This document shows, in pieces, positions 33,429 to 47,657 of a stretch of DNA of 64,000 nucleotides; the stretch's first letter is position 1; each line of letters starts with the position of its first letter. The stretch lies in assembly GCF_009914755.1 (NCBI RefSeq), contig NC_060926.1; one strand, 5' to 3'. Both the position numbers and the translations under genes were made by a program. The DNA comes from the human T2T-CHM13v2.0 reference genome, Homo sapiens. Below the pieces are notes generated by a model. It was not told the DNA's origin and searched no databases. It saw only the letters and a list, made by a program, of their open reading frames with translations.

Positions 33429-33479
33429 CTAGCCGCGGCGCCGGGGGAGCCCCGCGCAGCCGGAGCCCGCCTGCCCCAT
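33429..33479 (-). CDS. Upstream ORF (16 aa, [16 protein letters not shown]) in the RMND5A-derived 5' UTR
   Basis: GCGCCATGG Kozak context at 33479 and TAG at 33431-33429. Out of frame with the main ATG and ending ~140 nt upstream of it. Translation is not shown by the sequence. Confidence 0.5.
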   Translation of the reverse strand: MGQAGSGCAGLPRRRG

Positions 33480-33991
33480 GGCGCCCTAGCCCCCTGGCGA
33501 GTCGCCGCTGCTCCCGTTCGCTCGCTGCACTCGGCCCCGCGTCCCCAGGCCCCGCTCGCGACGTTCGGGTGCCTGCGACGGCGCGGCCGATTGTTTTTGT
33601 TTTCACGGGAACCGACCGATGACCTGGTTCTCCCGGGCGGCACCAAGTGCCGCCGACTGGGGGGAGGGGGATGGCCACCCGGGCGAGGAAAGGAGGCGGA
33701 GCGGGCCGTACCAAGTACACCCTCGGGGTGGGGGGTGCGACCCGGCGAGAACGGGCGGAGGAACGCGACGGGCGCCCACACGCGCCGCCACTCTAATGGT
33801 GTGCGCCGTACCACACGGAAGGCGTGCGAGGGAGAGGGCGAGGGTGGAGCGAGGCCCCAATTGGCCTGAGGAGCTAAATAGGGAACTTTGGAGACAGCCC
33901 CAGCGCTCGGAGAGCGCAACAACTACGCGCTCCATAAACAAGGAGGCGGAAACCGGCCCTCACCACTCCGCCCAGAAGCGGGGAATCCCAA

Positions 33992-34053
33992 CCAATGGGC
34001 GCGGGGAGTGGTAAGAAGCCAATCCCTGGCCGAGGCGTAAGCCTTCAGCCAAT
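33992..34053 (+). promoter_or_regulatory. Three tandem CCAAT (NF-Y type) boxes
   Basis: CCAAT at 33992, 34019 and 34049, in the same orientation with 27 and 30 bp spacing. Confidence 0.65.
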
Positions 34054-36059
34054 CCGGGCTGAGGGGCCAAACCAACGGGCTCGCTGTTGGAGGGGGTGAC
34101 TTGGAGAGCGTACCGAGAAACGAGTAGTTTATGGAAAGCCTTGGGGGAAAACTAGACAAAAATACAAAGGGCTGTTTTCCATAGGACGTAGCCCTGATCC
34201 CAATTTATTTCGTCTCCTCATCGATCTTAAGGGAAAGGGGTACCGTCATTCCGAACTTTTGGGCGACGGATCCATCTCCCGGGATGAAAAACCAAGCCAG
34301 GCCGCCCGGGGGCTGGTTCTGCGTCGGCGGGGGGTCCCTAATGGGAATTAAAGGCGGGGGTGATTGGGCCCGGGTGAGGGGAGCCGCTTGCTGCTCGCGA
34401 AAGGCCCGCGCCGGCTGTCAGCGCTGCCCCGGGCTTGCGACACCCAGGAGGTCATGTCCCCATCCCCCGCGGACCGTGGCCCTTTGGCCCCTTGGCCTGG
34501 AACCTCTCCTGACGGTGGCCTCGCCCCAGAGCCATGTGCCGGGCAGCTTAGCCGGGTGGAAAGAACACGCGCTGGAGAGCCGGGCAGCCTGGCCCTTGCT
34601 CCCTAGGAAGCCTTATGCTATCGGATCGGATCGGCTTTACCCCCTCGGGTAAATCCTTCCCATCGCTTGCTATGGCGTCTGCAGCCTTGGCCTAGACCTC
34701 CTTGATCAGCATCGGCTGCACTACCTTTGCATTTCTTCAGGAGCCCAGCTAGTTCGTGCCTCAGGGCCTCTGCACTTGCCCTTTCCTTGGCCCAGAAAAC
34801 TCTTCCTCCTACCTTTTTCATCCTGAAGTTCTTCTCAGCTCACTTGTCCCCTTACAGAGTCCTCCCCTGGCTGACCACACTAATGTACTTCCTCCCCACC
34901 GTTAATACCATAACACATTTTATTATTTCCACACCACTTAAACTCTGAAATGATCTGATGTTTTATTTTTCTGTCTGCACCACTTACATAAAACCATGAC
35001 GGCAGGCCCCCTGCTTGTCTAAATTTTTTGCCTAGAACAGCCCCTGGCATGAGGTGGTAGGCAATTCTTTTTCTTAAATTAACGTGATAACGTTTTTGAG
35101 CCTTAACTTCCGTATAACTGAGAAATAATTGGAATTAATACTTAACTAAATTGTTAGATAAAGGAGAATATATGTAAATACCCATAATAGGCTCATGATA
35201 ACCACATGATAAAGGTGGTAGTAGTCATTATTAGGGCAGCCCCAACTGGTATTATTTCAGATCTCCCTTCTCCCCACCCCATTTTTCTTCCCTCTTGGCA
35301 GATGTCTCTGATTCTTCACTGAGATTAAAAAAAAAAAAAAAAATCTAGCTCCAGCAACTTCTATCACTCTTTTCCAAGTATTGCTGTGTACCACCCATTT
35401 TGTGAACATTCTCATGTACCCAAAGGACCAGGAGTCCCTTCTCCCTTTCCAAGACAGCCGTTGGGGCCTGCGGGCTGCCTCTCACCCCTGTCCAGATCTT
35501 CCCCCTCTTTCTCTGCAGTAGGTTCTTCCTTTCTACTTTCAGCCCAAATGGGTTTGACCTACCTGGGGGAGGAAACTTAATTTAACCCTCCTCAAGCACT
35601 CATTTCTTTCACTGCCAAACTGCCTAGACAAATCTATGTTTATTCCTCCCTTTTCTTCAAGGATCTCCTTGATAAGCTCAGTCACCCTTTTCTCAGTCTT
35701 TTTTTTTCTTCTCCTTCAAAGGGTTGTTATAGTATGAAATATTCCATTTAAGGCACTCAACAAAATGCCTGGCACAAGGTAAGAGCCATGATAATCCACT
35801 GATCACAAATAATCAATGACTCCTCATTACCTACAGCTTCAGATCCTCTCTCAAGGACATGGTCTGCCCTGTGTAGCAACACAGCACAAACCCCTATCCA
35901 GGCATGAAGCACTTTCCCACCCTCAGTGTGACTTGAGTACAGCCCATTCATACTTTGCCTTCTTCTGGGACACTTTTCTTTATTCTGTTTTTCGAATCCT
36001 CCCTTTCTTCAAGTAACACGACAAGTCTTACTTTAACTAGTGACACCTTCTAGAACCTA

Positions 36060-36597
<538 letters not shown>

Positions 36598-37013
36598 CTA
36601 GACCATGACCACAGTAAAGTTACCAGCCCTACCTTTAACTGCTGTAAGACCTCTGTGTAAGTCATTTCATGCCTTAGTGCATACTGCCCCCCATATTTTT
36701 AGTTAACTTTTCCAACATGTGCCTTTTTGACTCAACTAGACTATCAGTTTTCAGATCTGGGCTGACTTCTTTTTATCTCCCATGATTTAATCAGCATGAA
36801 AAAAAGTGTTTGTTAAAGGAAAAAGAATACGCAGATTAGAGGAGAAGAGGCTTCAGAGTTAGCTGGGAGAGAAAAATAGTACTTGTAAGGGCAGAGATTT
36901 ATGTTGCTTCTTCACTTTGTATTGGCCCTTTCTACACAGTGCCTAATTGCCTTAAGCCTAAACTGTGAATTGTCAAAGAAGCACCTCTAGAAACAACAGG
37001 GAAAGAAATTTAG

Positions 37014-37343
<330 letters not shown>

Positions 37344-37390
37344 GCAAATTAGTTTTCTATAATTGCATTTTCACCACACAATAAGGAAGA

Positions 37391-37414
37391 ACACACACAC
37401 ACACACACACACAC
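37391..37414. repeat. (CA)n microsatellite
   Basis: About 12 AC units. Confidence 0.9.
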
Positions 37415-38269
37415 AAAATCCCACTTTAGTATCAAGTGGACTCCTGCCCCCACATGCTGTTCAGCCTGGAGAAGCTTTAATTGATACTCATTCTGGACTT
37501 TGCTCTTGTCTTCCCCTCCACTCCAGATTTGACTCTGTAAAATGTAAGTAAACATCAAAAAAAGACGGGAAAAAGAAAACCTTTTGTCTTTCAGCCAAAA
37601 TACATATTTATTGTAGGAAAATTAGAAAATACAAACAAGTAAACAGAAATAAAAGTCCCATGAAAGCCCAAGACCCAGAAAAAGAAAATCAGTTTTAACA
37701 TTCGGGGTGAATTTCCACAGATTTTTTTCTTTTTTGTGCATACACATAAACTCATATGCACATTTTTATGAAAGAACGCTCTCATTGTATTTACTATTTT
37801 GTAAACAGCTTTTGTTGTCCTCTTAACATTCCTCCAACAACAAAAACAGTTTTTAGAACTGCTTTTGACATCTTTTTAAAATGCTTAATAGCTGTTACAC
37901 TAGCTTATAGCTTATTCAACATATCTCATACATATTTTCACTTTGAATTATTCTTAGAAGACTGAAACCAGAGAGAGACAAGATAGAAAAAGGAAAAATT
38001 TCATCTCTTAAATTTGAGAAATTATATTTTTAAAAACCTTCTGCTTTTATGCAAAACACACTTTCAGATAAGGGTAAGAAGGACTACATTTATAATTCTG
38101 TTAATAAAAATGAATCAGCGAGGTTGGCAAAGAACTAACTAATTTCCTGACTACTCTAGCTCACAACTAATATAAAAGTAAAAGTAAACTGACAAAATGT
38201 GTTATTAAAAGAAATTCTGAATTGCAAAAAATAGCATTTCTTCTCATTTAAACAAATCAATTTTTATCT

Positions 38270-38517
<248 letters not shown>

Positions 38518-39456
38518 TGAAGAAATGGGTGAAAGCACAACTATTAGCAAAAAGTCTTAATCTGAATATTTTCTACATCTTTTATGTCACCTGTGTGGTT
38601 TGGGGCCCGTTTGCTGGCTGGATTAATGATACTTGCTCGCCATTATGACTGACTCTTAGGGATTGGATATGCAGTATTGACAGTATTGCACTTCTGTGTC
38701 CACCATCTCCGTCTTTCAGCTCCACTGTTTGTAGAAGACAGCCTCTGCTCAGCGGCATAGCCCTCCTCACTGTGGCCTTCACCACTCATGAAGTCCAGGG
38801 CAGTTCTAGTCTGGTTGACTACCAGTTAAATTACCCCCTAATAGACTTCCATGAGGACCTCATTGACTTCCTTGAGTATAGTTTGTAGGCACTGCCCTCG
38901 TACCTGGGTGCTTAGCCTATAGGGGGTTATTTATAACTTTTGAAACCTGCTCTCTCAGGTTTTATTGTCTGAGTCTTTTCCTTTCTGGAATCTGGATGTT
39001 TTTCTTAGGTTTGTTTCCTGCTCACTGTTGGTGTGCTTTACCAGCTGTAGCAGGAAGAGTGCTAGCACTGTAATCTTGTAATTCATTCAACCCCTCTCAG
39101 CCTCAGATGCTTTATCTATAAAATGAGAAGCTTGGAATAGATGACCTTTAAGTTCCTTCCAGTTCTAAAATTACAGAGATGCCAGGGCTTATTAAGTAAC
39201 ATGTGAGGTGCAACACAACCAAACAGGAATAGACAGAGGCATCTTTCCTGTTTTCGAAAGCTTGGAGTCTGAATCATTACTTCCTCATTATGGAAACGCG
39301 ATGAGGTTTGTTTTTTTGTTTTGGTTTGGATTTTTGATTTTTGATTTTGGTTTTAATAAATAGCTACAATTTATTGAGTGCTTATAACATGCTAGGCATT
39401 CTGCTTTAAATGTGGGATTATCTCAGTCCTCAAAGCAACCTTTTAAAGTAAATAAT

Positions 39457-39741
39457 GCCGGGTGTGGTGGCTCATGCCTGTAATCTCAGCACTCTGGGAG
39501 GCCGAGGCTGGCAGATCACCTGAGGTTGGGAGTTTGAGACCAGCTTGACCAACGTGGAGAAACCCTGTCTCTACTAAAAATACAAAATTAGCCAGGCATG
39601 GTGGCGCATGCCTGTAATCCCAGCTACTCGGGAGCCTGGGGCGGGAGAATTGCTTGAACCCCGGAGGCAGAGGTTGCGGTGAGCCGAAATCGTGCCATTT
39701 CACTCTAGGTTGGACAACGAGAGCAAAACTCTGTCTCAAAA

Positions 39742-39773
<32 letters not shown>

Positions 39774-39776
39774 AAA
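39457..39776 (+). mobile_element. AluSp-like with (AAAT)n tail, inside a MIR
   Basis: GGAGAAACCC and CAACGAGAGCAAAACTC diagnostics. Confidence 0.88.
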
Positions 39777-40050
39777 ATTTAAAAATAAATAGTATTTGGA
39801 TTATTATCCCTGTGTTAACAGATGAAGAAATTGAGGCACAGAGGGGATTAGTAATTTATCCAAGATTACACAGCTGATAAAGTGGTAGAGCTGGAATTTG
39901 AATTCAAATCTTTCTGACTCTATAACTTGTAAGTCATTGTACTTCAAAAGGCGAAATTATGCTCCATGATTACTTGTTAAGCATGCTATGTCCAGTAGAA
40001 TAAAGGAAGCTTTAACCAAACTTCATTGTTTTGTTTTGTTTTGTTTTCAA

Positions 40051-40134
40051 TAACAAAGTCTACTCCACCTACCTTGCAACATTGTTGAGAGAATATATAT
40101 TAATGTTGCAAGGTAGGTGAAGTAAACATTGTTA
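40051..40134. repeat. Inverted repeat with 33-bp arms and an 18-nt spacer
   Basis: 40051-40083 is the reverse complement of 40102-40134 at 30/33 positions, and the inner 18 bp are perfect. Confidence 0.9.
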
Positions 40135-40289
40135 AATATGTATTTTTAAATTACACATATATTTAAAAATATACACATATTTTTATATATATGATTTTTT
40201 TAAGTGCTCATAAACCATGAAGCCCCACAGAAGTGCAGGGTGCTATTATTTCCTCTTATGATTTCACTTTCTGTCTTTCATTTCTTAGC

Positions 40290-41560
40290 ATATGAATTGT
40301 ACTTCTTTTTTCAACTTTTTTTAGTAGTTGCCCTAAAGTTGCAATATACATTTACAACTAATCCAAGTCCACTTTCAAATAGCACTGTACCACTTCATGG
40401 GTAGTGCAAATACTTTATAATAATGAAATATCCCTAATTATTCCCTCCAGTATAACTGCTGTCATTCTTTGCATTTATATATAAACTATAATCATTCAAT
40501 ACATCATTGCTATCATTTTGAATAAACTATCATCTGTTAGATCAACAAGAAAAAGTTAAGTTTTTTACTTTATTTTCAACTATTCTTTCTCTATTGCTCT
40601 TCCTTTCTCCATGTAGATCAGAATTTCTGACCTACATCATTTTCCTTCTCTCTGAAGAACTTCTTTTAACATTTCTTGCAAGGCAGGTCTACTGGCAACA
40701 AATTCCCTCAATTTTCATTTGTCTGAGAGAGTGCTTATTTCTCCTTCGTTTTTGAAGGATAATTCCACAGGATACAGAATTCTACGTTGGAGGGTTTTTT
40801 CTCAACAGTTGAAATACTTCATTCTACTCCCTTCTTGCTTGCATAGTTTCTGAGAAGTCCTGATATAATTCTTACCTTTGTTCTTCTATAGGTAAGGTAC
40901 TTTTCTCCTCTGGCTCTTCCAAGAATTTTTTCTTTATCATTGAATGCTCTGGCATATTTCAAAATAACTTTTTCCTTTCTCCTTCCAGAAGCATGGATTT
41001 TTTTTCTCTGATATTCACTGTGAGAACCTACCAAAGCTCTAAGAGGTAAAACCCACACAAGTGTGAGAAGCTTCCATGACAGCCTCGCCCCACTGCCCCA
41101 TCCTAGGGTTTTTAACTCTCAGACTTGTCCACTGTGAGTCTCAGCATTTCTTCAATTACAGTTTAGGTTTTCCTCATGAGTACTGCTTCACTCAGAGATT
41201 TCTGTTTCTGAGATGATGCTCCAGCATGTTGCAATTCTCTGTATCTGCTTATCTGACCCCCCAGCTTAGGAGGCAGCAGTTTGCCCTGTGACCTCACTTC
41301 TGTGAAGAATCTAAGAATACTGGCCTCAGCAATATGGTGGAAAACACCTCTACAAAAAATGAGCCAGCCAAGGTGATGTGCGCCTATAGTCCCAGCTATG
41401 CAGGAGGCTGAGGCAGGAGGATAACTTGAGCCCAGGAGGTCGAGGCTGTAGTAAGCCATGATTGTGCCCCCGCACTCAGCTTAGGCAAAAAGACACCCTG
41501 TCTCAAAACAAAATCTAAGAAGAGTTTGTTCAGTTTTTGCTTGTGGTTAGAATGGAGTGA
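40290..41560 (-). mobile_element. Old L1M fragment(s), with an Alu fragment at ~41321-41512 (+)
   Basis: CATTTCTTGCAAGGCAGGTCTACTGGCAACAAATTCCCTCA...TTTGTCTGAGA, L1M ORF1 region in reverse. Confidence 0.7.
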
Positions 41561-41759
41561 TGACTTCCAAACTCCTTACATAAACTGGAAACTGGAAGTC
41601 TTCCTATGTATTTGATTCAACCTGTTTATATATCTTATGCATCTGTGCAGGGTAAGGTTTGGGTTGTAAATTGATAAAGTACACGATTCATGGCTTTTGA
41701 CAACCTGGAGGAGACTCTAGGCGGTAAACTAAAGCAAGTGTTTAAAAATGGCCTTTTGA

Positions 41760-42062
<303 letters not shown>

Positions 42063-42074
42063 AATGGCCTTTTG

Positions 42075-45000
42075 AGACTTCTGGTTCCACCAAGATAGAG
42101 TAGTCCCATTTTTCCTAGGCCCTCTCAGAAAAACCTGGATATAACACAAAAAACAAGCATAGGAAGACTTTGAAAGTTGGAAAGAAGTCAGACTGCCTAG
42201 GGATCCCAAGACTTGAGGAATGACATGTGGTAAATTCCCTAGTTTCCTCATTTCCTCCTAAATGTCGGACAAGGCACTACAGAATTCTGCAGCCCTGCAC
42301 CATGAATAGGCACAGACAAAACAAAGACCCATGGAAAGCCTGTTTTCCTGAGTCAAAGAATAGAAAAAAGTGTGGCCCAACAATGAAAAACCTCATCAGC
42401 TTCTTCCCTAGTCCAACCAAACACTGATGGAACAACTGCATTCCCCAAACCTCAACCCCCAGCACAGTTTCAGCAGAGCCAACCAGGAAGTTGATATTCC
42501 ACTCTACCCCTTAACCTATGGAAGTGGGAGGCAGCTCTCCAGTTCCCTGTGGGTGACTTTGGTAGGTCTGACTGGGAGCTGACCTTTTATTCCCTACCTT
42601 ATAGAAGCAGACAATGCTCCAGTTCCCCCAGCAGATTGAGCAAGGAGCCAAGCTTACATCCCCAATCAGAGGCATCAAGGTGGTCGAAGTTGGTGCCACA
42701 CTTTCACTGGGATGTTGTCAGTGGAGCAATAGGAGAGCTGAACTTCCAGCCCACCATTTGCAATAAGACCATGTGAGTCAGTACTTCAGTTTTGCCAAGT
42801 TACTGTCAGTGGGGCCCAGAGGGAAACTAAACATGCCTGTGAAGAAGAAGAAGGAAGAAGGAAGAAGAAGAAGAAGAATTATTAAATAGGATACAAATCC
42901 AAACTCTTATAATATGCTATCCAAAATATCCAGGATACAATAAAAAATCATTCATCCAAGAACCAGAAAAATCACAACACGGATGAGAAAAGCAATCAAC
43001 GGCTGTCAAATGATGAGATAAATCAAGTGTTCAAATTATCTAACAATGATATTAAAATAGCATCATAAAATGCTTCAACAATCATTCAAATTCTCTTGAA
43101 ACAAAAATTTAAAACCCAGCAAAAAAAAAGAGAATTTATTAAAGAATTAAATGAAAATTATAGAACAGAAAACAAGTACAAGTAAAATTTTAAAACTTGC
43201 TGTATGGGCTCGATAGTAGATTGAAGATACCATAGGATAGAATCAGTGATTGAGGACAGACAGATAGAACTTACCCAATCTGAACAATAGAGATAGGGGA
43301 AATAATGAACAGGGTCTCAAGGATCTGCATGATATTTAAAAGGAAAAAAAAATTCAAAGAATAGCTGAAAATTCCCCTTACTTGGCAAAAGAGATGAAAC
43401 TTCAGATTCAGGAAACTGAACAAATCCCAAGTAGGATAAACTGAAAGAAATCTATGATGCTAAGACATGTGATAATTAAGCTTCTGAAGGTTGAAGATAA
43501 AGAAAAAATATTGATACTGAAAACAGCCAGAGAGAAATGGTGCATTATTGATAGGGGAGAACCAATTCAAGTGACAGCAGATTTTTAACCTGAAACCATG
43601 GAGACCAGAGGGAAATGGCATAACATTCTTCAAGTACTGAACTAAAAGAATTGTCTACCTAGAATCCAATGTCCAGTGAAAATGTCCTTCAGTAATGAAA
43701 GGGAAATGGAGACATCTCAGATGAAGGAAAGGTAAGAGAATTTGTCACCAGCAGACCTACCAAAAAGAATGGCTAAAGAAATTTCCTAAACAGAAAGGAA
43801 ATTATAAAAGAAGGAAACTTGGAACACGAAGGAAAACCACAGCAAAAAAATATGGGTATATACAATAAACTTTCCTCCTCTTGAGTTTTTAAAATTTCTA
43901 AATTGATAGTGGAAGCAAAAATTATAGCATTGTTTGATGTAGTTCTAAATGCATGTAGAGAAAATATTTAAGACTATTATAAACAGGGTGATAATGTAAA
44001 GGGAGGTAAGGTTTCTATATTTAAACTGGTAAAAAGATGACACCAGTAGACTCTGATGAATATATATAATGTAAAACCTAGAGCAACCACTAAAAAGATA
44101 TACAAAGGGGTGCAATAAAAACGTTGTAGATAAAGGGGAAGGGGTGTTATTGTTTAATGGGTAGAGAGTTTCTGTTTGGGGTGATGAAAAGATTCTGGAG
44201 ATGAATAGTGGTGATTGAACAAATAACCCACAGGCTCGCAGGATACAGGAAATCAGATAAATGAAAACAAAGAGAACACACAGAAACAAAAAAATGGCAT
44301 ACATAAGCCCTAACATGTAATTACATTAAATGTAAATGTACATTTGCAAATATAACAATTAAAAATGAGATTGGCAGAGTGGATTAAAAGCCAGGTGCTG
44401 TGGTGCATACCTGTAATCCCAGCTACTCAGGAGGCTGAGGCAGGAGGATCACTTCAGCCCAGGAGTTTGAGACCAGCCTGGGCAGCATAGCAAGACCCTT
44501 ACTCAAAAGAAAAAGAAAAATGTCCCAACTCTATGATGTCTGCAATAAGTTCATTTCAAACATAATGATACAGACAGGTTAAATGTAAAAAGATATACAA
44601 ACATAATCAAAAGAAAACATAAATGGCTATATTAATACCACCTAAAGAAGACTTCAGAGCAAAGAAAATTACCAGTGACAGAATTGGACATTATATAGTG
44701 ATAAGAGGGTCAAGAAGACATGGCAATTCAAAATATATAAGCACTAGACAACAGAACAGCAAGATATGTGAAATAAAAAACTGATAGAACTGGAAGGAGA
44801 AATAGATCAATTCAAAATAATAGTTGGAGACTTCAACACCCATCTATCAATGATTGATAGAACAACTAGACAAAATCAGCAGGGATTTGAAAAAACTCAG
44901 CATCACCACCAACAGACATGATTTAATCAACATTATAGAATACTCCACCCAATAACACCAAGAATACACATTCTTTTTCAGTGCCCATGAAACATATACC

Positions 45001-45125
45001 AACATAGATCATATCCTGAGCCATAGAACAAAACTCAACAAATTATAAAAAATTGAAATTTGTTCAATTTGTTCAATTGAAATTGAAGTTATGTTCTGTG
45101 AGCACAATGGAATTGAACCAGAAAT
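42075..45125 (+). mobile_element. Old L1M 5' UTR-ORF1-ORF2 (endonuclease start) remnant, with an Alu monomer at ~44390-44520
   Basis: AAACAGCCAGAGAGAAA, GAAACCATGGAG.CCAGA, ATAGTTGGAGACTTCAACACCC and CAAGAATACACATTCTTTT motifs, with many disablements. Confidence 0.8.
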
Positions 45126-46146
45126 ACATAATACAAAAGTATTATGGGGCTCAGGACAGTTCAGAAGGAGAGGAGCCCTGGGAGAAGGCTGAGCTCAGAT
45201 GGTTGGGGCAGTTGGGGGAAAGAAGTGAGCTGGCTCTGGAGGGCCAGGCTACTCCATATGGCACCCTGCTGGGCAGAGGCAGCTCCATGCCAGGGCACAG
45301 GACTTGGTGAGGGGAACAGGAGCTGGACCTCAGTCCCATTGGCCCCCTGGCTGGGTGCCCTCTTACAGGGGCCCAACTGTACATGGTGACCCTGGATGTT
45401 GGCCTGGGAACCTGTGATCTTCTACTACATCTGGGGCTGACAGAGGACTCGGGGGCTGAGAAGGAGACATGGTCTCACGATTTGGAGTAGAGAGAAGGCT
45501 TGACCAGAAGGGACTGGCTGTGCAGCAGGATAGCTGGAGGCCTATTGGCTGGGCATCCTGTCTACTGGGTCCTGGGCCGGTCTTGGCAGCAAAGTCAGGG
45601 CAGATAGCACCAGCAAGCCACAACCGTCCTGCTCCACAGAGCGCTAGAACAGCCACTCATCAGTTACAGCAGGACTATAACGATGACCAAGAAGAGAAGA
45701 CAAAACAGAAGAGGGTAGGTAGACCAGAAAGAGTGTTCAGAAAGAAGCTTGAAAGAGGAGAGGAGAGACACTCCTGAGTAGTAGCACCAACCTACCAGCT
45801 AGATTTGTAACCTCCAACTACTACTTTCTGGCCTCAGTTTTGTCACCTGACTAAGAGGGTTGGAATAAAACGAATTTAAGTCTCTTTTACCTTTGACTAG
45901 GACTGACCCAGGCTGGCCTTTCACCAGCTCCTGTCCCCATTTCCAAGGGAAGCTGGGTGGGGGGTAGAGGGTGTGGATGACTTAGTGTGGTCCATCCTCA
46001 GACCAAAAACCCAGCTAGGGGCCCACATATTACTGTCTGAAACACCATGCTCAGGTGTGAACAAAGATGCTTGGTTACTGTGGACTTTTAGTTCCAAGGA
46101 GGGCTGTGTCTTTCTTAACTCAATGGAAGAATCAAATTAGGAGCCT

Positions 46147-46275
46147 GGCTGGGCATGGTGACTCACACCTGTAATCCAGCACTTTGGGAGGCTGAGACAA
46201 GAGGATCACTTGAAATCAGGAGTTCAAGACCAGCCTGGGCAACACAGCGAGACCCCATCTCTTAAAAAAAAAATA
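46147..46275 (+). mobile_element. FLAM-type Alu monomer
   Basis: Left monomer followed by an A tail. Confidence 0.85.
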
Positions 46276-47017
46276 GGAGCCCACATCTTCAGATTCCCAG
46301 GGCTGAGATTCTGGGAAACTCAGCCAAACTCCAGAGCTGATGCAAGTAGCAAAGGACCTTTTTTTTGGTCACTGGAGCCTGGAGGACAGACAAGGGCAAG
46401 AGGCAGAGAATTCCAGCCTTTACAGGTCACAGAGAAAGTGGAGGAGGAGGAGGTAGCTGATGCCTCCACACCCAGGAGGGAGGGGGAAATGATGAGCAAG
46501 ATTTTTCACCCTTTCAGTAAAACAAAAAAAATTATTTCTCCTATTTCCTTCTCTGAGATTAATGATAAACTGTCTATCCCCTAAAAGAAAATGATAAAGA
46601 CTCTAATTTTACTTGGAGGCTTAGAAATGCCATTTCTACGCAAAACAGGGAGCCCATAATCAGACTTGAGCGGGGCAGAGCTTTGATAGAAAATGTTTTC
46701 CTCTCTCCCTCTATTTCTTCCCCTCCTTCCCCTTGCAAACCAAGATGCCCGACAGCTAAGAACAATGCTCAATAAAATGAAATAATATTTTAGTCAAAAT
46801 AGGCCAAGACTGCTCCCAGCCAACTGTAAATTAGCATTTTGAGGGCAAATATGCAGACAATTTGAGATAATGAAGCCTGATTATTCAATCCAATGAATGT
46901 TAACTAGGGAGCAGAGGCTCCACTGCCTTATCTCACTCCCTTCGATTTATTTTTTTAATCGTTTCACATTTGAACTCTTTATTTGTTTCTGTTTTATGCG
47001 CCCCCTCCCTTCCTCTG

Positions 47018-47018
<1 letters not shown>

Positions 47019-47076
<58 letters not shown>
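47019..47076. repeat. (CA)n microsatellite, ~29 units
   Basis: Uninterrupted CA run. Confidence 0.95.
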
Positions 47077-47080
<4 letters not shown>

Positions 47081-47477
47081 CTCCCTCCCTTCTCTCCTCC
47101 ATTCCTGCCCAGGCTGCAGAAGGGGACCGTTGCAGGGGCCGTCAGTCTTTCCACCCAGCCTGGCCTTCGGGATGGGGTCAGCACGCCTCATGGAGCCCCT
47201 ACTGTGTGCATGGTCCTTTGTAGAGTTGCAGGGATTTGGGGGTCAATGTGCACTAAACAGATGACACACACCCTGCTTCTTAGAACAGGCCTGGGTGCAG
47301 GAGCTGGAGAATGGCAGGTTTATAAAGGAACATGCCAGGTACATGTGGGGCTCAGGGAAGTGGGGGTGGAAGGACATTGCCTTTCATGTCCTTCAATCCA
47401 CCCTCCATGAAAGGTCAATGTGGAGCACGCCCTGTCCCCAGGAGTCATGGAAAACTTTCTTAAATTATCCTTTGTCC

Positions 47478-47657
47478 CAGGCAGGACTCACTGCATAATT
47501 TGCAGGACCCAGTGGAAAATGAAATGCAGGGGAACTTGCCCAAAAATCATTGAGAATTTCAAGATAGTCATGGCAGAGCATTAAGACACCAAGCAGGGGA
47601 CCTTCTGAGCTCGGGGCCTGGGCAACTGCGCACGCCACACACCCATGCAGCTGGCCT
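47478..47657 (+). mobile_element. MER45A-like hAT element
   Basis: CATAATTTGCAGGACCCAGTGGAAAATGAAATGCAGGGG...CATGCAGCTGGCCTG. Confidence 0.6.

Larger units (their letters stand above)
32670..34640. promoter_or_regulatory. CpG island / duplicated RMND5A promoter
   Basis: About 2 kb of very GC- and CpG-rich sequence spanning exon 1, with GC boxes (CCGCCC at 33968-33973). Confidence 0.9.

Noticed and set aside
33029-33922. 297-aa ORF containing the RMND5A start, as an N-terminally extended protein
   Set aside because: There is no in-frame ATG upstream of 33289. The openness is explained by stop-poor CpG-island sequence, and the ORF runs past the donor into intron 1.
32675-34652. Several overlapping 100-243 aa ORFs on both strands
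   Set aside because: These are Arg/Gly/Pro/Ala-rich CpG-island artefacts with no recognisable domain.
46897-47410. ORFs with HTHTHT or CVCVCV runs
   Set aside because: They are translations of the (CA)n microsatellite.
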